Below, in pieces: positions 50,339 through 63,512 of a stretch of DNA of 64,000 bases; position 1 is the first letter of the stretch, and each line of letters starts with the position of its first letter. The notes below the pieces were generated by a model. The model saw only the letters and a program-made list of their open reading frames with translations, did not search any database and had not been told where the DNA came from. Position numbers and translations under genes: made by a program. This DNA comes from Octopus sinensis. Lineage: Eukaryota. The stretch spans positions 104,594,001 through 104,658,000 of the forward strand of contig NC_043004.1 of the NCBI RefSeq assembly GCF_006345805.1, in the 5' to 3' direction.

Positions 50339-53300
50339 TATATATATATATATATATAATGTATATACATACTGAGCCCAAAAGTCTTGTACTTTCTACC
50401 CACTATGTTACTTAAGTTTTAGTGTACCCAGTCAGTCGGTGACCCCCTGACCCCTATAATTTGTAATTATCCCTGTAAGCACATCTGTAGTAATGCATAA
50501 ATGTTATCTTCGAACGTCGGGGTCAGAAACCAAGCACGCTTCTATTGCGTCACTCTGCGCAACGAAAGCTTAAGCAAATATACAAATGTATTATTTCTTT
50601 TATTGTCTAGTCTCAGTTACATTCTATTACATCATCCGTTATATGCTATTTACATATTTATATATTTATATGTATGTGTATATACGCTTGTGTGTCAATA
50701 TATGTTTGTGTTAGCGTATGTGTTAGGCTTAACGTAAAGCCCACAACTCGTTAAACTTCCATTGGTTTGCTACTGAATAATTATTTCTGTAAATGATACG
50801 CTTATGTTTTCATAATCCAATGTTTACAAATACGTATATTCGGTGAGATCTGCCTAGAGCCACAGTAAGTGAACTTTAGTACAATCGTCATATCGAGCTG
50901 CTGGAACGGAAGCCTTATAAATACCGACGTTTAATTCTGTATTGTATCGAAGTTGGACTTTGTTACTATGTCACTTGAGTATAATGAAGATGAACATAAT
51001 TTCAAATGTGTTTTGAATAGGCATCCTAATTTTGTTTCCCAAATCAGCTGAAGGTCTTTGAAGACTGGTGCTTAGCATCGGTTTCAGGTTTTAAACGACG
51101 AGAGATAAATCCCCTCATTGATATTATATAGGATAACTATTATTAATCATTTGCAACAAGTTATACAGGAAGGGAAATTTAACAGTGCGGCATATCTGAA
51201 ATGCGATAAGGCTGATTAAACTGTTCTACAGGCATTCGTCAGGAGCCTGCGACTTTCTTGGATGTGGGATTTATGTCAAACAGTTGTTGGCTTACAAACG
51301 ACAGATCACGTTAAGTACAGAAAAGTACGGTAGTCAAGACTGAAATATTTTTGTCCAGGTTATTTTATTTTCAATGAACCTTTCATTGTTTTCTTGAAAC
51401 ACTATTTGAAGAGAAGAGTGAGGATGCATAACGAAGATGAGTGAATAAAGGAAATGAAAAACATGATAAACGACTTGAGATGAAAATGAACTGGTAAGCG
51501 ACGATTTATTTTCCGTTGTAAAATACAATGATTGCCATACATGGAATAAAATAAAGTAACAGGTTACAACAAAGACTTGTGAGAGACTTCTTGGTTAGAC
51601 TGGACTGTTGATCTTGCAGACAAAGTTGACAAACTGTTTGGTGGTGTGTAGAGGCAGTCGTTGGTCTGTTGTGTGGTTTTCATACAGCAACGATGTAAGC
51701 AGGTGGAGGTGAAAGCAGAGACTGGCTGGTGTCAGATACATCGTTGTCAGAGCCGAGTTGTGTGTGGTCAGTGGCGTGTGCCAAAGACCGAGAGCAATCG
51801 AGAACCAGAAGGCTTCCTTGCTGGTGATTGATTTCCCGCGTAAGGAAAAACGAACTGTTGCGCCAACACGATTGGACGGCTGGAAACCGACCAATACAAA
51901 CAATAAGTTCGGCTAATCATGTGACCTGCTGGAACAAAATGGCCTGTGGAGCCGATATCCAGGTATTTAAGCCTAAATAACTCATAACGAAAACATCTCA
52001 CACATAATGACAGACGAAATGCTACAGACGAAAACAGAAGTCCTGATCTCCAATAAATTTCATGTCTGGGTATTGTTGTTGTTGTAGTTGTGGAGCTCTA
52101 AATTAGCTCTCATGAAGCACATCTATGATATGGAGAAGTGTTATTCCAGAAATACTATGGCTTTGCCAAGTTAAGCACCGTATTGCATAACTTACAATGC
52201 AGAAAGCTGACGGCCCAACTTATACGTTAACCCAGCGAACTTAGTGCAGAGACTGGTTCAATAATATATATTATCCTGAGACAAAGCTTGGGCTGTTCTC
52301 CTCCAGAGAAGGTTCCCGCTTGAAATGTCAGCCTGTGTTTCGTTCCATACGGCATCATCACACACAGCTTTTAGTTTTTAGTATTGAATGTTGAACTACT
52401 AAATACTATTTCTTAGTCAAACTCTACTAACTTCTGTATATGATTAATGGTAATAAAATGAAATGTCTTGGAGCGTCTTAAATTCCATCAAGATGTAAAC
52501 GTTTAGAAGTTATTTAAATTTCACGTGGATCAGCTTCAGGGTTAAGGAATAAATTACATTTGTTAGTTGATTAATTACATCAATGTGAGAATAATAGCCA
52601 CAGACCTATTGTTTTGTGCATCTTGCATATTAACAGATCAAGTGATCTCTATCCTTTCTTCAATAACCAACTGAAAGATCTTATGTTAGCATTGCAAACT
52701 AACGAAACATTTGTCATGGAGACGGACAACTAGAAGCAATGCATTGGAAGAAGCAGTACAGTGGACTAATTATCCTACTTTATACATTTAGTCTTCTATT
52801 ATAATTTCATTCATAAACCGAATGCTTAGTAGATTATTAAATCGATTTAGTACCTAAGTGGCACGTTATCTTATCAAAGGGCGAAAGACAAAGCTGGAAT
52901 TTGAATTCAGGATATAAAAAGTGATAGCTATATATCGCAAAGCAGTCTGTGCTACGCTCTAATGATTCTGACAGTCTTTCTGTATTTCTTACTGCGCCGT
53001 ACCCAGTTAAAATTCACCTCGGTTTGACATTGCATTTCGTTCCTTCAAGGTCGATAAAATAAGTCTCATTCATTCGACTTTGTGTATCTCTGGCAAAAAT
53101 TGTGCTTATAATTTATCAGGTGCATATTTACAACCCGTGTCCTGAAACATGAAAAGCAAGAATGACATTGCCAGGAACACAACTTCATGTTGATGACAAG
53201 ATATGAACTGATAATTCTTTGATCCAACAGAATAAGCTTAAACCTCCCGACTATGTGCTACTCTCTTGTTAAGTTCAATGCTTTATACATCATAAAAGTT

Positions 53301-53691
53301 TGCTTTCCAGCCACATAGATTCGGGTTCAGTTCCACTTCGTGGGCATCTTCGGCAAGTGTCTTCCACTATATCTTCGGGCCAATCAAAGCCTTGTGAGTG
53401 GCTTTAGTAGATGGAAACTAAAATAAGTCCATCATATATATGTGCACCCACATACATACATACATACATACATACATACATACATACATACATACATACA
53501 TACATACATACGTACATACATACATACATACATACATACGTACATACATACATACATACATATATATATATATATTATGTATATATATATAATATATATA
53601 TATAATAGGATACATATATAAACATATATATATATATACATATAATATAGATATATATTATATATGATATATATATATATATATATATAAA

Positions 53692-53736
<45 letters not shown>

Positions 53737-53977
53737 TATATATATTATAATATATATATATATTATATATATATATAGATATATATATATATATATTAGA
53801 AGGTTTGGAGATGATGCACAAGTATTTTATATTAGAAGAAATGAGGTACTCAGAAATTCGGATGGTTTTATATTTACAGATATTTATTAGTTGTTACATG
53901 TTTTTATACATCATATATCATATATATAGCGCTTTCGTCCATTCTAGTGGAGTCTTCAAATTGAACTATATATATGT

Positions 53978-54144
53978 AGAGTAGGAGTGGCTGTGTGTTG
54001 AGTAGCTTGCTTACCAACCATATGGTTCCGGGTTCAGCCCTACTACGTGGCACCTTGGGCAAGTGTCTTCTACTATAGCCTCGGGCCGACCAAATCCTTG
54101 TGAGTGGATTTGGTAGACGGAAACTGAAAGAAGCTCGTCGTATA

Positions 54145-54210
<66 letters not shown>

Positions 54211-54422
54211 CGTGTATATGTTTGTATGTCTGTGTTTGTCCCCCAACATCGCTTTACAACCGATGCTGGTGTGTTTACGTCCCCGTAACTTAGCAGTTCG
54301 GCAAAGAGACCGATAGAATAAGTACTAGGCTTACAAAGAATAAGTGCTGGGGTCGATTTGCTCGACTAAAGGCGGTGCTCCAGCATGGCCAAAGTCAAAT
54401 GACTGAAAGAAGTAAAAGAGTA
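53978..54422 (+). mobile_element. Family B SINE (OR-like), full-length reference copy with internal (TA)n(TG)n
   Basis: Head GGAGTGGCTGTGTG..GGTTCCGGGTTCAG, body CCTTGGGCAAGTGTCTTCTACTATAGCC, tail GGCGGTGCTCCAGCATGGCC..TGACTGAAA; more than 10 copies in the window. Confidence 0.85.
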
Positions 54423-55687
54423 TCATCGCGGCTAACGGTGGAGCCTCAAGCCCTCAACGCTTTTTGGGCTGGGACTGCCGCTCTACATGAACCATAAACA
54501 TCCATCTTCAGCTTTTGTAGAGTAAAGGGCCCCCACTGACAATTCTCTGATTGGACCCCGCGCTTCCTATCGTTGGCTCTGGCCACAATGCACTATAGCA
54601 GACATTCCTTAAAGTTCTTTGATTTGGGATTTCTGGTTTTATCTATATACAAAGTGTCTTTCGGGTAGTCGCCTTTCACTTTTCCCCATAAAACTGATTT
54701 TGCGAGATAAATCATACTCTCATAGAGTATCAATGACAGGTAATTTAATCTACATTTAATTCAATAATGTTGTTCTGTTGACGTCAATCAGACAAGGGCA
54801 GCCTTTCCCGAGAAGCGGGCCGCATGATATGTAATTCATAGTTAGGTGGGCCACACTACTAAAAATATTCAAGTAATTTTTTGTTTAGGTGTGCCATTCC
54901 TACAGGTCATAAATTGCCCGCGAATGACCTAACTGGGAAACTTCATAATTCTTGTTGTAAACTGACGGATATCTTGCGATTTTTCTTTTTTCCTTATCAA
55001 CGTATGTCGACACTTTTTCGCCGACAACCTAAATACAGTTGACACTTCTGGTGCAACACAAGATGTCTAATATGTCTACAGTTTTTCAGACCACGACATC
55101 ACGAAAATCCACTTGAGTTAGGAGATAATAACATAAGAAAGAGAAAACAAAAGATTGAAAGAAAATAAAATATTAGTCTTGATAAGTAGATTAAGAGTTA
55201 TTTTGTTAAGACCGTCGTGTGTATATGGGAGTGTTTGACTAAATACCCCGATGAAACAAAAAAAAAAAAAACACAGCAACAAAAAACACTCCACTATACT
55301 CAGACAGCAAGCATTTGTGTTGGAGACAGCTGCTTTGTTCTGGCACGTGCCAAATGGTTTCCTTTAACAGCAGTTGAGGGAAAAGGAGATCTGGATGTCG
55401 CCTACCCCCATCGCATGGAACATTGTTAATCACGTGAAAATATTTATGTTGGGCCCAGTTCTTCCTTGGAAATTATCAAAATAAAAATATAAGCCTAGTT
55501 TGGTTATAGTTGTCTTATGTATAGAAGTGCATGCATGTATGCATGTAGGTGTGTATGTATGCAAGTCAAGTGTGTACATAGGCATGTGTGTATACATATA
55601 ATATATATATATATATATATGTGTGTATGCATGTAAGTGTGCTTTAATGCATATGTGTACGTATGCAATGTATAAATACATGTATGC

Positions 55688-55756
<69 letters not shown>

Positions 55757-55926
55757 GGGAGTGTTCACGAAAAAAAAACAAAAGACGAAGACAGGTGGTA
55801 TACAAAACAAACAGATGTATTAGTATAACGCTCAGGAATTGAAAAAGTCTTTTTACGTTTCGATGTATATGTGTGTGTATGTGTTGTATGCATGCATGCA
55901 CTATATAGTATATGTATGTATGTAGG

Positions 55927-55966
<40 letters not shown>

Positions 55967-56359
55967 TATATATATAATATATATATATATATATGTATAT
56001 ATATGTGCATGTATGTATGTTGCATGCATGTGTGTATGCATGAAGTTTATGTTGAAAAAATCTAAACTTCTAGAACTATACGCTTATGCCTGGTGGATAA
56101 GGTTACGCACGCAAGCACCTCTGTGTGTGTATGGAGGGGGGGGGCGGTATATGTGTCCATGCTTTTTAACGTGACATTCTATTCAACGTTGCACATAAAT
56201 ATCTTATATATATATATACGTACACACATGTGTGTGAGTATGTGTATAGAATCACCTGCCAAGTTGTATGGAAAAGCTGTCAGTCTAGCATGGCTGTTCG
56301 TATATTGTCAGGTTGCAGTGTGATTTAACCTTCCTTAAATACCACAACACACAACACCC

Positions 56360-56459
56360 NNNNNNNNNNNNNNNNNNNNNNNNNNNNNNNNNNNNNNNNN
56401 NNNNNNNNNNNNNNNNNNNNNNNNNNNNNNNNNNNNNNNNNNNNNNNNNNNNNNNNNNN
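56360..56459. other. Assembly gap (100 N)
   Basis: Run of N. Confidence 1.
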
Positions 56460-57552
56460 TTTTTCTATTCTTTTATTTTTCTCTAAGCCTGGTACTTATA
56501 CTTATTTTTTCATTGCCCATAAGGGGGCTAAACACAGAGGGGACAAACAAGGGCAGAAAAAGAGATTAAGTCGATTACATCGACCCCAGTGCGTAATTGG
56601 TGCTTAATATATCGACCCCGAAAGGATGAAAAGCAAAGTCGACCTCGGCGGAATTTGAACTCAGTGCGTAACGGCAGACGAAATACCTGTTTCTTAGAGG
56701 GGGAGGGGGAATTTTCAGCACACCCTCGTATTATTTGAACTGGTGATGATAGAAACAACTTGTGTTTCACTGGTAAGTTGACGATTGCATTTTATTTTAT
56801 CAGTTTATTTATTTTTTGCAAAGTCATTTGGGAAAGCCTAGGTGAAGCAACGGGTGGAACGACCTTCTGCTTACATCACGAGTGTGACATTAAATTTGTG
56901 ACGCAATCAGCCGTGAATATTTGTTGTGTCAGTGTTCTGCCGAACAGAGAGGTGAAAGGACAAAAGAATTGCAGATAGAAAAAAGAATGAAGAAAAACAA
57001 GAAAAGACTTTAAAAAAAGCAGTTATGTATGGGTAGGTGTGGCTGTGTGGTAAGACGCTTGCTTTCAAATTACATGGGTCTGGGTTCAGTCTTACTGCGT
57101 GGCATCTTTGGCAAGTGTCTTCTACTATAGCCTCGGACAGACCAAAGCCTTGTGAGTGGATGTGGTAGACGGAAACTGAAAGAAGCCTGTCGTGTATATA
57201 TGTGTGTGTGCGTGTATGTGTGTGTGTGTGCGTGTATGTGTGTGTGCGTGCATATGTGTGCTTGTGTGCGTCCGCGTCCGCGTGTGTATGTGTGTGTGTG
57301 TTTGTCCTCCAATAGAATAACTAAGGCGGTGAGCTGGCAGAAACGTTAGCACGCCGGACGAAATGCTTAGCGGTATTTCGTCTGTCTTTATGTTCTGAGT
57401 TCAAATTCCGCCGAGCTCGACTTTGCCTATCGTACATTCGGGGTCGATAAATTAAGTATCAGTTACGCACTGGTACTTAATGATCACATTGTTAACAGAA
57501 ATTTTCTACGGTCTGAAAACCAGTTATTCATATTTGAATATTTGCATTGCGT

Positions 57553-57592
<40 letters not shown>

Positions 57593-58841
57593 CCCTCTTA
57601 TTCTCTCACTCGCCGTTGCACTTTTGTATATAACTATATTGTCGGTGTTATTATCAATATTGGTAATATTATTAATGTAATCTATTTTGTATCTTTCTCC
57701 ATATAAAAGTTACATGTCACCTACTTTCGTCAGGACAAGGAGATATGGTGGAAGTAGGAGTTTAGCAGACGACAGAGAATGAGTGACAGTAGAGAATTAA
57801 AATGGAAGTGAGTTAAAGGATGAGGTTTTTTTTTTATTATTAATTTGACCGGAGTAGAAAGCAACATATAGATTGATAATGAGAGAGGATTAAAATGAGA
57901 ATGTAAGAGGTTGTACGGACAGAATAAGAAACAAGAGTTGGAGGAACAAAGTGACAGTTTACAAGGAAACCCGATTTCCAAACAGGCAACTGGATGTAAA
58001 AAACGATTATGTCAATTGGATTCACGTACAACTCAGCTAATTAATCTATCTGTTATTTGCCGTTATATTAGGGATTTGAATATTATGATGGTCAAAGAAA
58101 GCTAACAGAATCAAGAGTCATCACTAAAGAAAAAGAAATGCTGTATTTAAGGAATATCATATTTTTTTTTTGTACTTGTTTCAGTCATTTGACTGCGGCC
58201 ATGCTGGAGCACCGCCTTTAGAGTGGTGAAAGAGTACAGCAGGGATCACCACCATCCCCTGCCGGAGCCTCGTGGAGCTTTTAGGGTTTCGCTCAAAAAC
58301 ACACACAACGCCCGGTCTGGGAATCGAAACCGCGATCCACCGACCGCAAGTCCGCTGCCCTAACCACTGGGCCATTGCGCCTCCACACGAAATTATTCTC
58401 AACTAAAATTTATGCTTGCACAGTTTGTTCCGTTCTTATTATAACCTAGGCTGGTTATGTCTGAAAAGTATTAAGAAATAAGCTATTGTAGTGTATTTAA
58501 CCGAGAAGTAATCACCTTTGAAATAGATTGACATAAAATTTACATACACAGGCGCAAGCGTGGCTGTGTGGGCTTCTTAACCACATGGTTCCGGGTTCAG
58601 TCACGTGCGTGGTAACTTGAGCAAGTGTCTTCTGCTATAGCTTCGGGCCGACCAAAGCCTTGTGAGTGGATTTGGTAGACAGAAACTGAAGGAGACTGTC
58701 GTATGTATATATATATATATATATATATATTAAATATAATATATATATGTGTGGGTGTGTGTGTGTGTGTGTATATATGTATGTATGTATGTATGTATTA
58801 TGTATGTATGTATGTATGTATGTATTGTATGTATCTATGTA

Positions 58842-58872
<31 letters not shown>

Positions 58873-59299
58873 CTTTGTGTATGTGTAAAAATTTTAAAGC
58901 CTAGTATTATTCTATTGCTCACTTTGCCGAACCGCTAATCCACAAGGACGTAAATACACCAACATCGGTTGTCAAGCAGTAATGGAGAACAAACACATAC
59001 ACAAAGACTTCAGGACTTTTTTTTAAGTTTAAAAAATACGTCCTGAAGTCGATTTGTTCGACTGAAACCCTTCAAGGCGGTGCCCCAGCATGGCCACAGT
59101 CAAATGCCTGAAACAAGTGAAAGAATAAAAGAGTAAAATAATACATACATACATACACACACATACATATATCGTAAGTAGTTGTTCAAGTATGTCATCG
59201 TATTATTATTGTGTTAACTTTCACCCCACAAAGTCCCTACCCTAAATATGTACAGTCCAAGCGCAGAAATATTTCTGGTTACTTCAATCAAACAAGACT

Positions 59300-59790
59300 A
59301 CAAGACCTGAAGATGTCCCTTCTATTACACTCGTTGTGCACTCGAACTTGCTCCTATACTCACCAAATCCTTTTGTTTTTTACTGTCTATGGGAACGTAC
59401 CCTGACATCTGGAATCACACTTTAGTGAGACAACCCATCTGACCCACTCCAACAATCGCCGTATTGATGCCACTCCAAGAAAATGAAGGCTTCCAATAAC
59501 AATGACGCTATCCAACAGCGTGAATCTCGCTCACTCGCTCTCCCCTCGCTCCCCCTCTTTCTCTCCCTCCCCGCCCCAATGACCACCAGCATGGCTCCCG
59601 CAGAGCCAGATCTACTGGAAACCTACACTCTTACGCTGCTCACAAGTAGGATCTTACTTTAGTGTTCCGTGAAAGCAAAACCTTCGACCATGCCTGGCAT
59701 GAAAATCTCCAATTAGAACTTTCCACCTACAAACTCTCCCTCATCTCTCATCTTTTGGATCAATAACTTCCTATCAAATCGTACTGCCAG
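59300..59790 (+). mobile_element. CR1/Jockey-like LINE reverse-transcriptase remnant
   Basis: Fragments CALELAPILTKS, DHQHGSRRARSTGNL and KTFDHAWHENL correspond to RT motifs QxGFR..RST and KAFDxVWH. Confidence 0.7.
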
Positions 59791-60763
59791 GTGCTACCAG
59801 ATCGTACTGACCGTTGACTGAGTTTTTCTTGCCCTCCATCTGTAAACTTTTGTATTCACTTGGTTCGGTTTTGTCCCACATTCTTCTATATTTGTTCTTG
59901 ATGGTTCTTATGATGTCGTTGACTCTCGTGTGCTGTCGAATCCAGGCGGTGGTTTTCTTGTAATCAGATTATCTGAGCGAATACTGGTGAAATATTCTTG
60001 TTATAAAATTCAGTAAGGTCTGAACATAGCAGACCAGATTTAATGCACATTACTTGAAATTAATTAACCGGCTCTTATTAATATAATGTTAAAGATTAGT
60101 GAAAAGGAAAGCGTCAATGAAGACCTGATGAAAAATCTACAGTTACTCTCATCTAGAATATAATTTTTGATTTCCACCTATAATTATTGGAACACTTAGA
60201 TATGTGATTATCTTAGTACGAAATCTTGAAGAGCTACGTTTCTCAAAACTATCAAAGGCGTTGTCGGAATGTGTAAAACCTTCGAGAAAATTTAATAAAA
60301 GCCATATACGCAAAGACATCCATGCCTGCAGACGCGTATGCATGCGCATTTATATGCGTATTCATACGTGCATATGCGTGTATAAGTATAAGAATTCCTG
60401 TGACGAACCAGGGTCCTGTCCAAGGATGAAAAGAAACGCCAGAGAAACCGGGAAAGCGAATATATATCCCATACGGAGTAAGAATGTGAACTAAACATAT
60501 GTATACATGTACACTTACATACAAGTACATACATACATAATACATACATAATTACTCTGTTGATATTGTTAAAATTCCAATGACAGCGCCTTGTTTCAAG
60601 GCTACAAACCGACTTTTTTTTTCCATTGACGAATGTTTTAAAAAAATAAACCAGGAAAACATACACACACTCACACACGAATTCATGCTAGCGCACGCAC
60701 ACGCACATACTCATACACACTCACTTACACACTCACTCACTCACTCACTCACTCACTCACACA

Positions 60764-60798
<35 letters not shown>

Positions 60799-61012
60799 TC
60801 ACACACACACACACACTCACTCACAACACACACACACACACACACACTCACTCACACACACACACACACACACACATTCACTCACACACACACACACTCA
60901 CTCACACACACACACACACACACACTCACACACACACACACACACACACTCACACACACACACACACACACACTCACTCACTCACTCACTCACTCACCAC
61001 CACACACACACA

Positions 61013-61050
<38 letters not shown>

Positions 61051-61302
61051 TCACTCACGCACACACACACGCGCCACCTAATAGTGATTGCTTCAGCTGC
61101 CTCAGCTAAAAAAAAACAAAAGCAATCGTGAATATACAATATACATATATATAAATAAATAAATATAAGAGAGTGGTCACTATATGGCTCACTCTAGCAC
61201 CAGTTAATCCAAAAGGTTTCAACCACAAAGGTACATGTTTCCCATGAAAGTCAGTACGATTGTTAGCTCACACGGACAGGGCAAATAAAAAATAACAAAA
61301 TA

Positions 61303-61398
61303 CAGATTATTTTGGGACAATTGTTTCGCTATTAATGAATTAAATGTAATATTACTTACAAAAAAATCCACTTGTAGCTCCTCAGCCAAAACTATCTG
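61303..61398 (-). ncRNA. Type I hammerhead ribozyme, copy 1 (predicted cleavage 3' of C at 61316)
   Basis: Minus strand CAGAUAG-UUUUGG-CUGAGGA-GCUA[long extension]UAGC-GAAA-CAAUUG-UC^CCAAAA-UAAUCUG. Confidence 0.85.
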
Positions 61399-61827
61399 GA
61401 CGAAATCCACTCAATCGCACGCCAGATTTTACCATAACGATAATACGCGTGTGGTTCAATTGATTACATCCGACGTTATAATTCAAATGCCCCAACTAAC
61501 AGCGCGCCAAATTTTCACGGAAAACAAATACAGCATTTAGAAATAAATGCAGCATAATTATAATTAATAATAAGGGTGAGAGAATTAGATACTAATTTAA
61601 TAGTATATCTATTCTACACCAAGGCCTAGTGCTCCGAGAAACTGGATTATTATAATATTTTATAATATATTTATAATTTTACAAAATAAATATAAGAGAG
61701 TGGTCACTATATGGCTCACTCTAGCACCAGTAATCCAAAAGGTTTCAACCAAAAGATACATGTTTCCCATGAAAGTCAGTACGATTGTTAGCTCACACGG
61801 ACAGGGCAAATAAAAAATAACAAAATA

Positions 61828-61921
61828 CAGATTATTTGGGACAATTGTTTCGCTATTAATGAATAAATGTAAATTACTTTACAAAAAAATCCACTTGTAG
61901 CTCCTCAGCCAAAACTATCTG
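61828..61921 (-). ncRNA. Type I hammerhead ribozyme, copy 2 (C17 at 61840)
   Basis: Core intact; 1-nt indels in stem I and in the stem II extension. Confidence 0.8.
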
Positions 61922-62354
61922 GATGAAATCCACTCAATCGCACGCCAGATTTTACCATAACGATAAATACGCGTGTGGTTCAATTGATTACATCCGACGT
62001 TATAATTCAAATGCCCCAACTAACAGCGCGCCAAATTTTCACGGAAAACAAATACGCATTTAGAAATAAATGCAGCATAATTATAATTAATAATAAGGGT
62101 GAGAGAATTAGATACTAATTTAATAGTATATCTATTCTACACCAAGTGGCCTAGTGCTCCGAGAACCTGGATATATTAATATTTTATAATATATTATAAT
62201 ATTTTTACAAAATAAATATAAGAGAGTGGTCACTATATGGCTCACTCTAGCACCAGTTAATCCAAAAGGTTTCAACCACAAAGGTACATGTTTCCATGAA
62301 AGTCAGTACGATTGTTAGCTCACACGGACAGGGCAAATAAAAAATAACAAAATA

Positions 62355-62448
62355 CAGATTATTTGGGACAATTGTTTCGCTATTAATGAATTAAATGTAA
62401 TATACTTACAAAAAAATCCACTTGTAGCTCCTCAGCCAAAACTATCTG
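62355..62448 (-). ncRNA. Type I hammerhead ribozyme, copy 3 (C17 at 62367)
   Basis: Core intact; one base missing in stem I and one in the stem II extension. Confidence 0.8.
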
Positions 62449-62883
62449 GATGAAATCCACTCAATCGCACGCCAGATTTTACCATAACGATAAATACGCG
62501 TGTGGTTCAATTGATTACATCCGACGTTATAATTCAAATGCCCCAACTAACAGCGCGCCAAATTTTCACGGAAAACAAATACAGCATTTAGAAATAAATG
62601 CAGCATAATTATAATTAATTAATAAGGGTGAGAGAATTAGATACTAATTAATAGTATATCTATTCTACACCAAGTGGCCTAGTGCTCCGAGAAACCTGGA
62701 TTATTATAATATTTTATAATATATATAATATTTTTACAAAATAAATATAAGAGAGTGGTCACTATATGGCTCACTCTAGCACCAGTTAATCCAAAAGGTT
62801 TCAACCACAAAGATACATGTTCCCATGAAAGTCAGTACGATTGTTAGCTCACACGGACAGGGCAAATAAAAAATAACAAAATA

Positions 62884-62979
62884 CAGATTATTTTGGGACA
62901 ATTGTTTCGCTATTAATGAATTAAATGTAATATTACTTACAAAAAAATCCACTTGTAGCTCCTCAGCCAAAACTATCTG
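62884..62979 (-). ncRNA. Type I hammerhead ribozyme, copy 4 (C17 at 62897)
   Basis: Identical to the copy 1 motif. Confidence 0.85.
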
Positions 62980-63416
62980 GATGAAATCCACTCAATCGCA
63001 CGCCAGATTTTACCATAACGATAAATACGCGTGTGGTTCAATTGATTACATCCGACGTTATAATTCAAATGCCCCAACTAACAGCGCGCCAAATTTTCAC
63101 GGAAAACAAATACAGCATTTAGAAATAAATGCAGCATAATTATAATTAATTAATAAGGGTGAGAGAATTAGATACTAATTTAATAGTATATCTATTCTAC
63201 ACCAAGTGGCCTAGTGCTCCGAGAAACCTGGATTATTATAATATTTTATAATATATTATAATATTTTTACAAAATAAATATAAGAGAGTGGTCACTATAT
63301 GGCTCACTCTAGCACCAGTTAATCCAAAAGGTTTCAACCACAAAGGTACATGTTTCCCATGAAGTCAGTACGACTGTTAGCTCACACGGACAGGGCAAAT
63401 AAAAAATAACAAAATA

Positions 63417-63512
63417 CAGATTATTTTGGGACAATTGTTTCGCTATTAATGAATTAAATGTAATATTACTTACAAAAAAATCCACTTGTAGCTCCTCAGC
63501 CAAAACTATCTG
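63417..63512 (-). ncRNA. Type I hammerhead ribozyme, copy 5 (C17 at 63430)
   Basis: Identical to the copy 1 motif. Confidence 0.85.

Noticed and set aside
60190-60345. Protein-like stretch FPPIIIGTLRYVIILVRNLEELRFSKLSKALSECVKP
   Set aside because: No recognisable family, no convincing splice boundaries, and it runs into low-complexity sequence.
61231-61257. Second hammerhead-like string on minus (CUGAC...GAAACAUGUA with palindromic ACAUGU)
   Set aside because: It lacks G8/A9, has no stem II and no stem I pairing; at most a relic.
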